Positions 16,331 to 23,811 of a stretch of 47,921 nucleotides of DNA are shown piece by piece (within the stretch, counting starts at the first letter, position 1; every line of letters starts with the position of its first letter). The notes beneath the pieces were generated by a model, which saw only the letters and a list, made by a program, of their open reading frames with translations, made no database searches and was not told where the DNA came from. Source of the stretch: a virus; IMG/VR virus record IMGVR_UViG_3300045988_102864; one strand, written 5' to 3'. Made by a program: the position numbers and the translations under genes.

Positions 16331-16808
16331 CACGAACTAAAGCGCATAAATTTTGCCTGTTGAAAACTCAAAAGCGAATACACGGTTAGTAAGCAGGAAG
16401 AGAAAATTTTTACCATATTGTAATTTTAAGCTATCTGTCATGCCTTGTCAAGATGTTTTCTAAATATTGACAAACGTCTAAATAAACATTTTTCAACGCA
16501 TTGGTAAACTGATTTACAAACATATTGACAGGGAAGTGCATTTTAGGCAAATGCCGAAAATGATTTGATAAACAGCATTTGTAAACTTAAAGAAAGATTG
16601 ACAAACCTATTAACAAACCACACTAAATATGAAGGAAACGAAATTAATGTAACTCAATCACGTTCCGCAACCAACTGTATAGAATCGCCCATTCTTTACA
16701 GTTTTTTCTTGCTATTCTTAAGTTCTATTAAAGCACCACTTATAAAGACAAGCGTGTTTATTGCTCATATCTTTAACGATTAAATCAACTTGCAGAAGAT
16801 TAAACAAT

Positions 16809-16841
16809 AAAAGAGGGTAGTTTTACAACTATCCTCTTTTA
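16809..16841. terminator. Bidirectional intrinsic terminator
   Basis: Stem AAGAGGGUAG/CUAUCCUCUU with flanking A- and T-runs, directly after the stop of CDS 16870..17478. Confidence 0.6.
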
Positions 16842-16869
16842 AGATTTACTCATGTTTACACAACATTTG

Positions 16870-17478
16870 TCAATGTTTCTCAACTATGCATTCATAGTAT
16901 TTTGCGAGTTTATCTTCTCCCGCATCCTCATCGTCAAGGAAAGCGTGAGCCATTGCCGCATAGAAATCAACAGAGTTGAGATTAAACTCCTTGCCTATTT
17001 TGTAGTAATCGGAGTACATCATGTTAATTGCAGCGTAAAATTCGGCAGGGTCGCAGTCATAGCCGTGCTGCCGTCTCACCTGCTCCGTTTGTTCAAAATT
17101 CCAGTGTCTTCCGGTTGAGCCGTCGGCGTTTTTCATTTTCTCCGTCCACTCGTCCGCGTCCTCACGGGTAAATTTGTCGTGCTTTTTCCCACGTTTGCCG
17201 TAGCTCTCACGCTCACGCCCGTCATAATCGCGGCGGTCTCTCATGTCGTACTCGCCATAGTAGTCACGCTTGCCGTGGCCGTCGTACTCGTCATAGTCAG
17301 GTTGACGGCGGCGGTCATAATCGGGGTATCTGTCCTCGCGTCTATCGTATCTGTCATAATCGCGCGGTCTATGGTCACGGTCATAGTCACGCTCTTGTCT
17401 GTCGTAGCCGCCGTATTCACTGCGCTTGTCCTTGCCGCTTGACATCATGAGCAGCCAGTTAGGATTCATTCTCTTCAT
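16870..17478 (-). CDS. Cargo protein E: Arg/Asp/Tyr-rich disordered N-half plus a conserved-looking C-domain
   Basis: N-half is DYDR-type low complexity. The C-half (DEWTEKMKNADGSTGRHWNFEQTEQ...MMYSDYYKIG...) looks globular. Confidence 0.65.
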   Translation of the reverse strand: MKRMNPNWLLMMSSGKDKRSEYGGYDRQERDYDRDHRPRDYDRYDRREDRYPDYDRRRQPDYDEYDGHGKRDYYGEYDMRDRRDYDGRERESYGKRGKKHDKFTREDADEWTEKMKNADGSTGRHWNFEQTEQVRRQHGYDCDPAEFYAAINMMYSDYYKIGKEFNLNSVDFYAAMAHAFLDDEDAGEDKLAKYYECIVEKH

Positions 17479-17885
17479 ACTGTCTCACCTCCCGTTGTGG
17501 TGGTCGTCGGTGCTGTGCCGTTGATTGAGCGCAGGTCGTTGTTAGGCGCACAAGCCGGTCTGCCGAGCAGTCTAAAGCTGCCGCCCGTCGGTGTGGTGAC
17601 TACAACCGCGCTGTATCTCGTCCGTGCCCTTATCGAGCAAGCGGTCAACTGAGCGCAACAACGGTTAGTCAGCGGATATAACGTAGTGCCGTCTCCGATT
17701 GTGACGTACACGGGAGCGTTGATTGTCGTCGCTGTCGGTATTGCCTGAGCGACTACGATACAGTATTTTTCTCTCGCGTTATACGCGCCCGCCGGGAGAT
17801 TGATTATCAGATTGCCGCCGGTAAAGGACACCGACTGCGACAGGGTAAAGCGCGGACAAAGTCTGCATACATTAGTACAAGCCAT
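17475..17885 (-). CDS. Cargo protein D: Cys-rich beta-type protein with a Thr-rich tail
   Basis: MACTNVCRLC N-terminus, further Cys (CIVV, RCCAQLTAC, PAC), tail TAPTTTTTGG. Confidence 0.6.
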   Translation of the reverse strand: MACTNVCRLCPRFTLSQSVSFTGGNLIINLPAGAYNAREKYCIVVAQAIPTATTINAPVYVTIGDGTTLYPLTNRCCAQLTACSIRARTRYSAVVVTTPTGGSFRLLGRPACAPNNDLRSINGTAPTTTTTGGETV

Positions 17886-17967
17886 TTTTTATACCTCCAA
17901 AAAATCAAAAGGGAAGCGGTACGCCGCTCCCCCGAAATCGGTCACGGCTCAAAGCCGGAGTTGTGAA

Positions 17968-18719
17968 TCAATAGTTGCCGCAACCGGAACAGCCGGAATT
18001 ACATCCGTAGTTGCCGTACTGCCAAGGCGCGGGAACGTTGAATGCGGGCACGGGAGCCTTACAGCCGAGCTGACTTACAAGATACTGATTCTGCGCCTGC
18101 TGTGATGCGGCAAGCTCAAGTCCAAATATTCTCTGTGTCTGAGCCGCAATCTGCGCGTCCTTCGTCGCTATCTCCTGCGCCGTCAGTCTGTCGGATATGC
18201 CGCGGAATCCGCTATTCATCGCGTCGATTATATCGCGGGTGTTGTTAGCGGCGTTAGTGTTAATCGCGCAGGTGTCGGTTGCCATGCGGTAGCCAACGTC
18301 GGCAAATCCGCGCTCCATCGCTCTGCCGTTTTCGCAACAGCACTGCTGGAGCTGTGTCGCAAGAGCCGCCTGTCCTCTCTCAACACCGTTAAATCCCTGC
18401 ATCATAGCCACATTTGTGTCGTTAAATCCCTGCTGTGTCTGATAGCCGAGGTTGCAAATCGCGTTGCCGACGCCGTGGAAGCCGTTGAGCATTGACGAAT
18501 TCATATCGTAAAATCCGTCGCAAAGTCCGTTTTGTACGCCGCGGACGGAATCCTCCAGTCCGTTGAATCCAAACTCGCTCTGTAGGTCTGCGCGGGTAAG
18601 TCCGCCCTGAGTGCCTGCCGCCATTACGTAGGGGAGTGCGCCCATGCCCGAGGAATCGCCGACGTTTCCGCCGAAGCCGTTACGTCCCCAGCCAAAGATG
18701 ATGGCGAGAATGATTACTG
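17968..18719 (-). CDS. Cargo protein C, exon 2 (Gly/Asn/Gln-rich, (N/Q)GF repeats, Cys-rich C-terminus)
   Basis: This is the frame of ORF 17968..18744, whose only start is a TTG with no SD. It is joined to exon 1 by the group I intron. Eight (N/Q/R)GF repeats. The protein ends GCNSGCSGCGNY. Confidence 0.75.
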
Positions 18720-19131
18720 CCAATTTGTTCACGTCAAAGCGCAACCCCTGACGCAGTCTTGCCGTTATAGGTAGACTTCTGACGTTTTCACGCCAGTGCA
18801 GACTATATCTTCACCTGTATTTCTACAGGGCAACATTTTTCTTCCGTCATTAGCTTACGGTTTTACTCTCCGTCAAGGAGATAGTCGTTGAGGGTCTTCC
18901 ATGCCTTAAAAAGGTTTAGGACTGTCCCTGCTAAACACCCATTGTAGAAGCACTTAGGACTGACACCGTGCCAGTTTTTTTATTTCGCCATATGCCATCT
19001 CACTGTTTTTTCTGCTTTCGCGCCGTTCAGTTTGCCGTTTCCGACTGCTGTTTAGGTAGTGAGCTTTAGGGATTAAAAGCATTTAACGTTGAGTTTACAC
19101 CGATTACTCGATATAAAGGGTAGCCGTAGTT
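18720..19131 (-). mobile_element. Group I self-splicing intron (IA-like, T4 td-like core), no internal ORF
   Basis: R-like UCAACGACUAU (18890..18881) and S-like AAGAUAUAGUC (18811..18801) form P7. P3 is CAACGUU/AAUGUUG. P7.1, P7.2 and P8 hairpins are present. P9 is CUGGCGU-GAAA-ACGUCAG. The 3' end is UGAACAAAUUGG. P1 is GAUUAU/GUAAUC with a U.G pair at the 5' splice site. Boundaries are accurate to a few nt. Confidence 0.8.
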
Positions 19132-19237
19132 ATAATCCTACTTTTGCCCAAAGTCCTTCATTTCCAAAAAAACCACCATCGCGATTACTATTGTCTCCCT
19201 GTCCAGCAAGGAAACCTGTTAAAAGTTCGTTGCCCAT
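19132..19237 (-). CDS. Cargo protein C, exon 1 (35 codons plus 1 nt)
   Basis: SD AAAGGAGAG 7 nt upstream of ATG 19237. MGNELLTGFLAGQGDNSNRDGGFFGNEGLWAKVGL. The in-frame TAA straddles the predicted 5' splice site, as in T4 td. Confidence 0.65.
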
Positions 19238-19374
19238 TTTTTTCTCTCCTTTTCGATTTATTCATCCGCTTTCGCGTGATGTTCAAAAATTAAATATTGG
19301 ACAGTTTTTTAATCAGGTCGACTGTCAAACCGAAAAGGGAAGTGTTATTTGTTGATATTTGCTTGTATTTGTTG

Positions 19375-19602
19375 TTATTTGCTGATACCGAGTGAGCGCA
19401 TTAAATCACCAAGGTCTATACCGCGCTCTTTCGCCATATTTTGCGCCATGGTCTGGAGCTGGTGCGCGTCCTTGCCTTTGATAAGTTCGACGGCTTTTGC
19501 GTACTGCGCCCCTTGTCCCGCGAGATTGCCGAGAATATTATTCAGCGGCTGACCTGCGCCGAGAGCCTGCATTACAAGCATTTCGGGATTAATATTAGGC
19601 AT
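19375..19602 (-). CDS. Cargo protein B (75 aa, helical)
   Basis: ORF whose start overlaps the end of the upstream gene. Confidence 0.55.
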   Translation of the reverse strand: MPNINPEMLVMQALGAGQPLNNILGNLAGQGAQYAKAVELIKGKDAHQLQTMAQNMAKERGIDLGDLMRSLGISK

Positions 19603-20017
19603 TTTCCGTTACCTCTTTCCTTCCCTTAGTGGGATTTTTCATCTTTTCGACCTCCGTTTGGAGAGCGGCAAAAGCTGCGCAAAGTTTGTCAAAATCCGCA
19701 CGGGGAGTGTAGTCCGCCGTGTCCTTAGCCGGAGTTGTCGGAGGTGTGTATGCAAAATCCGCAAAATCCGACGCGCCGGTCTGCGAGTTGAATCTCTTGA
19801 GATATATCATGCCGTGCGCCATATCGGGCATAATCACTCCCGCCGCCATAAAATCGCAAGGCGTCGCGAGTGCCTCTTCACGGCTTGTGACCGGGCGGCA
19901 GATAAATCCGCTCTGTATCTGCGGTTGCGGTGCGGTCTGCTGAGGCTGCGCCTGCTGAATCTGCGGATTGTAACCGCTATAGTACGGATTTGTGTTATAA
20001 CCAAAGTTGTACGCCAT
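19595..20017 (-). CDS. Cargo protein A: Tyr/Asn/Gln/Pro-rich N-terminus plus a globular C-domain
   Basis: ORF 19595..20056 trimmed to ATG 20017 (SD GGAGGA). MAYNFGYNTNPYYSGYNPQIQQAQPQQTAPQPQIQ... Confidence 0.6.
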   Translation of the reverse strand: MAYNFGYNTNPYYSGYNPQIQQAQPQQTAPQPQIQSGFICRPVTSREEALATPCDFMAAGVIMPDMAHGMIYLKRFNSQTGASDFADFAYTPPTTPAKDTADYTPRADFDKLCAAFAALQTEVEKMKNPTKGRKEVTENA

Positions 20018-20032
20018 ATATCCTCCATACAA

Positions 20033-20077
20033 AAATCTCTCTGTTACTGATATCATTATACCATTACAGAGAGATTT
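20033..20077 (-). promoter_or_regulatory. Extended -10 promoter (TGGTATAAT) embedded between the arms of a 12-bp inverted repeat (operator or hairpin)
   Basis: aaatctctctgt (20033..20044) and acagagagattt (20066..20077) are perfect inverted repeats. The -10 is at 20055..20060 (minus strand). Confidence 0.5.
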
Positions 20078-20120
20078 ATTCTTTCAAGAGATTTTCAGAT
20101 TATTTGCAATACTTTTGCAT

Positions 20121-20140
20121 TTAACTTGCCTATAACTTGC
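20121..20140. repeat. 20-bp direct repeat ttaacttgcctataacttgc, copy 1
   Basis: Identical to 20218..20237. Each copy contains taacttgc twice. Confidence 0.9.
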
Positions 20141-20217
20141 TTTCAAACTTGATTTCGCACATTGCAAACTAAAACAGTCCAAATATAGCACCAAAACAGT
20201 CTAAATCCAGTCCTGTT

Positions 20218-20237
20218 TTAACTTGCCTATAACTTGC
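20218..20237. repeat. 20-bp direct repeat, copy 2 (overlaps the stop of CDS 20227..20475)
   Basis: Identical to 20121..20140. aaaacagtc x2 (20171, 20193) lies between the copies. Confidence 0.9.
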
Positions 20238-20475
20238 CGGACTTATGTAAGATGTATACGAGCTTCACAAGAGCTGCCTTGTGCCACTTTGAGACGGTGG
20301 TGTATTCACGTCCTACTGCTTCGCACACGTCCTCCAGACAGCCGTTGTCAACATACAGTATTTTGAGCAACCGCTTGTACTCCGGCTTGAGATTGCATCG
20401 GTCAATAGCGTCCGCTATGTCCTGAGTATCGCCGACACTATGCACCGCTTGTCTGCGTTTCGCATGGTCGGTCAA
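20227..20475 (-). CDS. Small sigma-70 region-4-like HTH regulator
   Basis: 82 aa. LKPEYKRLLKILYVDNGCLEDVCEAVGREYTTVSKWHKAALVKL resembles a region 4.2 HTH. Confidence 0.5.
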   Translation of the reverse strand: MTDHAKRRQAVHSVGDTQDIADAIDRCNLKPEYKRLLKILYVDNGCLEDVCEAVGREYTTVSKWHKAALVKLVYILHKSGKL

Positions 20476-20477
20476 CC

Positions 20478-20750
20478 TTATCCCTCCTCGCTGTCCTCCT
20501 TTTCGGCAGTGTCGATAATGCCTTTGATTCCCTCCGCGTCAATCCGCGCCGCGTCAACTTTGCTCTCGCCGTAGATGTAGCCGATAATTGAGGATATCGC
20601 CGTAATTGCGCCCGCAACCTTTCCGGCAATCTCGCCGTAGTCGCTCTCACCCACACCAAACGACATTGCCACACCGATAATGATACCGATGATTGTCACC
20701 CACAGTTTTCTTGAGGTCAGCTTCTGCTTCCAGTTGATTTTGTTGTCCAT
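20478..20750 (-). CDS. Holin (two TM helices, charged C-tail)
   Basis: ORF 20478..20774 trimmed to ATG 20750 (SD AAAGGAG). TM helices LWVTIIGIIIGVAMSFGV and AGKVAGAITAISSIIGYIYG. Confidence 0.65.
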   Translation of the reverse strand: MDNKINWKQKLTSRKLWVTIIGIIIGVAMSFGVGESDYGEIAGKVAGAITAISSIIGYIYGESKVDAARIDAEGIKGIIDTAEKEDSEEG

Positions 20751-20751
20751 A

Positions 20752-20877
20752 TTATTCTCCTTTTTCATCTTCATAAGTTATTTCTTCCTCTCCGTAGTCG
20801 GAGTGATATTCCTGCTTGATTTTTTCGCGGTTTTCCATCGCCGACTTGATGAGATAGCCCACCACGCCGCAGCCCAT
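20752..20877 (-). CDS. Possible 41-aa peptide between endolysin and holin
   Basis: Hand translation MGCGVVGYLIKSAMENREKIKQEYHSDYGEEEITYEDEKGE. No clear SD. Weak. Confidence 0.25.
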   Translation of the reverse strand: MGCGVVGYLIKSAMENREKIKQEYHSDYGEEEITYEDEKGE

Positions 20878-20925
20878 GGGAGCGCCGATGTATGTCAGCA
20901 GTCCGTTAATGCGTTAGTTAATGCG

Positions 20926-22131
20926 TTAAAACGCGATAATGTTGTTAACCGCACGACTGCCGCCCGTTGACCGTCTCTTGATTCCCTCAACACGGATATA
21001 CGAGCCGCCGCCGTCAAGAGCAATAACGTCTTCAAAACCCTCGCCCTGTATCTTTCGCCAAACCTCGCCGGATTTGATGTAGTTTGCCGAGGTGGTTTTG
21101 AGCGTGAGCACCCATATCTCGCCGTTACGGATTCCGAGCATGTTTCTCGATGTGCCGTAGGTGGTGGAGCTGTCCCAGCCCTCCGCGCCCACGTAGCTCA
21201 TGTCGACAGGCTTTTTGTCGGACACAACAGGCACTCCGCTGACGGCGTACTTGATTCCCGACGGGATTTTGTCAACACGCTCAATTGTCGGCTTGCCGGA
21301 GTACGGCACGAGCAGTGTTGATACCTTTTTACCAGCAAACTGCTTTGTCGCGTTGTCGGCGATACTGTACACAAGGTGGTTTCCGTAGACGTGTTCAAAA
21401 AGATTTTCTTTCGCCGCCGCCGGAATCTCCTTGATATCACAGGCAAGGTTAGCGACAGGGAGCGTGTACACCTCGCCGTCTTCCGAGCAGTAATTTGCGA
21501 AGAAGCCGCCGTTAATATATCTCTTCACGCCACCCTTGCGCTTGTCCGCGTCGTGATAGAGGATTGCAAAATTCTTCGCGCGGGTGTACGTAATTCCGTC
21601 CTTGTCGTAGCTGTCCTTGACGTTGGTATTGCCCTTTTTGCCGGACACATCGAGACTGATGTTTGTGTTCACGTTTTTTTCTCCTTTTGATATAGATTTG
21701 ATGTCGTACTGTCCCCACTCGTTAGGTATGCCGAGATATGGAGTAGGGTCTACGGATTCACCGTTTTTGCGGACCTCAAAGTGACAGTGACTACCGAAGG
21801 AGTAGCCGGTGTTGCCCTCAATTCCGACCACGTCTCCCGCCTTAACCTTTTGACCGACTTTAACTTTTCGCGCCGCCATGTGGCACATGAAAATCTTAAG
21901 TCCGTCAGCCGTGTCAATGCGGATGTAGTTGCCCCACTGCCATGTGAGATTAGACTTGTCCGTGATGATTGTCGACGAGCCGATAACTCCGTCACAAGGT
22001 GCAACAAGCGTTTTGTCCGTGCCGCTGAGGTCTACGCCCTTGTGGTAGTCGCGCTGTCCGTTGAGCGTACGCCAGCCAAAGTGTGACGTGAGCGTGACCT
22101 TGCCGGATTGATAAGGGAGATTCATTTTCAC
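20926..22131 (-). CDS. Endolysin: M23 peptidase plus a C-terminal phosphodiester-glycosidase-like (NAGPA-like) domain
   Basis: HxxxD (YHKGVDL) and HxH (SHCHFE). The C-terminal ...IALDGGGSYIRVEG... resembles NAGPA/DUF2233. Confidence 0.8.
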   Translation of the reverse strand: MKMNLPYQSGKVTLTSHFGWRTLNGQRDYHKGVDLSGTDKTLVAPCDGVIGSSTIITDKSNLTWQWGNYIRIDTADGLKIFMCHMAARKVKVGQKVKAGDVVGIEGNTGYSFGSHCHFEVRKNGESVDPTPYLGIPNEWGQYDIKSISKGEKNVNTNISLDVSGKKGNTNVKDSYDKDGITYTRAKNFAILYHDADKRKGGVKRYINGGFFANYCSEDGEVYTLPVANLACDIKEIPAAAKENLFEHVYGNHLVYSIADNATKQFAGKKVSTLLVPYSGKPTIERVDKIPSGIKYAVSGVPVVSDKKPVDMSYVGAEGWDSSTTYGTSRNMLGIRNGEIWVLTLKTTSANYIKSGEVWRKIQGEGFEDVIALDGGGSYIRVEGIKRRSTGGSRAVNNIIAF

Positions 22132-22463
22132 TGCGAGTTACCTCCGTCATGCGGCGGCTCTGTCGGCAGTGCCATGACCTTATTGTATAGCTGTGTTGCG
22201 ACGTCGTTGCCGTGGAGCGCATGATAAGCCGCATAGGCGCGTTTGAGTGCTTCCTTTGCGTAGATTGGGCAATATCCCCTATCGAGATACTTGTCGTGAT
22301 TGCGGATTATCTCTGCACGGAGAAGGCACTTTAATCCTTCCTCGAGCGCACTTTCATGCTTTTTTCGCAGCTTGATGTATGTAACAGCCCATGTTACCGC
22401 ACCGCCGCATACAAACGGCACCGCCCACTTGATGATTGTCTCTACTATCATTTTTCTCCTCAT
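22128..22463 (-). CDS. N-terminally anchored membrane protein (lysis accessory or holin-like)
   Basis: One TM helix (WAVPFVCGGAVTWAVTYI). ATGA overlap with the endolysin. Confidence 0.5.
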   Translation of the reverse strand: MRRKMIVETIIKWAVPFVCGGAVTWAVTYIKLRKKHESALEEGLKCLLRAEIIRNHDKYLDRGYCPIYAKEALKRAYAAYHALHGNDVATQLYNKVMALPTEPPHDGGNSQ

Positions 22464-22473
22464 TATTTCGTTA

Positions 22474-22902
22474 TCAAGAGAGCATTAAGCCTCCTGCTTC
22501 TTCGATTAGTATCCAATACACATACATTCTGCGGACTGTTGGAAATAAGCCAAGCTCTTTGTAGCCGCTTCCGCCCTCAACATTAAAATAATCCTTTTGA
22601 GACGCAACGCAAATGACAAGCATATCGCCGACATTCACTGTCAAAACGACATCATCACCGCCAACTTCAACAGGCGTTTGTCCATCTTTAGTAAAAGCGA
22701 CGACATTTACGCTCGATTTCACAAAAAATTCAACTGCTTCTCCGCCCCCACCCGTGGGAATCGCACGAATGCAAGCAGGCAAGTCCTCGATTTTCGCTCC
22801 GCTGGTGACAGTGCCGCCTTTTGCGGTTATGGCGGAGATAATGTCGGTTTTTGCTTTCGATATCCGCTCTAAATTTGTTTTAATTGTAGTTATAGCTGCC
22901 AT
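22474..22902 (-). CDS. Tail-fibre-associated protein sharing an N-terminal module with 22911..23795
   Basis: MAAITTIKTNLERISKAKTDIISAITAKGG... compares with MAATTSELLTALTNARNTIRTKLVALG... Confidence 0.5.
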   Translation of the reverse strand: MAAITTIKTNLERISKAKTDIISAITAKGGTVTSGAKIEDLPACIRAIPTGGGGEAVEFFVKSSVNVVAFTKDGQTPVEVGGDDVVLTVNVGDMLVICVASQKDYFNVEGGSGYKELGLFPTVRRMYVYWILIEEAGGLMLS

Positions 22903-22910
22903 ATTTCACC

Positions 22911-23795
22911 TCATATAGCCGCCAGAGCCGCGCGGATATCGTCTGTAAGAGATACCGTGCCGGTGCCGTCGTGATAGCCTGCGGGGATAGTTGCGCTCAA
23001 AGTAGTAAGTCCGTCGATGGTGAGCTTCTTCGCACCCTGATTAACCATAGTACCTTCAACCGCCGCGCCTGTGCTGTCGACAAAAACAGCTCCGTCAAGC
23101 ACTTTGTCTGCGGTTGCCGTTACGCCGGACACATCCTTGTACTTTGCAGGAATGGCGGCTACTGTAACTTTAGACAGCACTTTTCCCGCAGTCGGGGTAA
23201 TGTCCTGCGCCTTTTCTGTCGGAGTAGCTGTTTTTGTCTCGGTTGTGATTGATACCTTGCCTGTGCCGCTGTGATAGCCTTTCGGGACGGTGTAAGACGT
23301 GTCTGTCGTGCTGAGCGACTTTTCGACAGCTCCATTGTTGGGCATTGTACCCGCAATAGTAGTGCCATCCGCTCCCACGATAGTTTTGTTTGCAAGCACG
23401 TCTCCTGCCGCAGCCGTCACCGCCGAGGTGTCGTTAAAGTTGTCAGGTATCGCGTCAACCGTCACTCCGGACAGCGCATAGTATCCCGGATCCGGTGTGA
23501 CCTGCTGCTGCTTTTTGGTCGGCGTTACAGTCTTAGCCTGCGTGTTGTAGTTACCGCCGCCCGAGACACCTTGCACAGTGCCGCTGCCGTTGTGATAACC
23601 TTTCGGGATGGTGTAGCTCTCGCCTTCCTTAACCTGCGCCGACACAGCGCCGTTATTGTCTATGCCGTCGATTGCCGTAGCACAGTCCGCAAGTTTTGCC
23701 GTAGCCGCCACAAGCCCGAGTGCGACAAGCTTTGTGCGTATAGTGTTTCGCGCGTTGGTGAGTGCCGTCAAAAGTTCTGATGTTGTTGCTGCCAT
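22911..23795 (-). CDS. Tail fibre-like protein with three internal repeats (xIPxGYHxGxGxV)
   Basis: YTIPKGYHNGSGTVQGV, YTVPKGYHSGTGKVSIT and ATIPAGYHDGTGTVSLT at roughly 95-aa spacing. Confidence 0.6.
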   Translation of the reverse strand: MAATTSELLTALTNARNTIRTKLVALGLVAATAKLADCATAIDGIDNNGAVSAQVKEGESYTIPKGYHNGSGTVQGVSGGGNYNTQAKTVTPTKKQQQVTPDPGYYALSGVTVDAIPDNFNDTSAVTAAAGDVLANKTIVGADGTTIAGTMPNNGAVEKSLSTTDTSYTVPKGYHSGTGKVSITTETKTATPTEKAQDITPTAGKVLSKVTVAAIPAKYKDVSGVTATADKVLDGAVFVDSTGAAVEGTMVNQGAKKLTIDGLTTLSATIPAGYHDGTGTVSLTDDIRAALAAI

Positions 23796-23811
23796 TTTTC
23801 AAAATCCTCCG

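Noticed and set aside
16565-16783. 72-aa ORF in the origin-adjacent region
   Set aside because: TTG start, no SD, AT-rich low-complexity product.
17179-17442. Plus-strand hydrophobic ORF (87 aa)
   Set aside because: It is the antisense of the Arg/Asp/Tyr repeat region of CDS 16870..17478.
22911-23795. Diversity-generating retroelement (template/variable repeat) in the fibre gene
   Set aside because: The internal repeats are protein-level triplications within one gene. No reverse transcriptase or separate template repeat exists in the genome.
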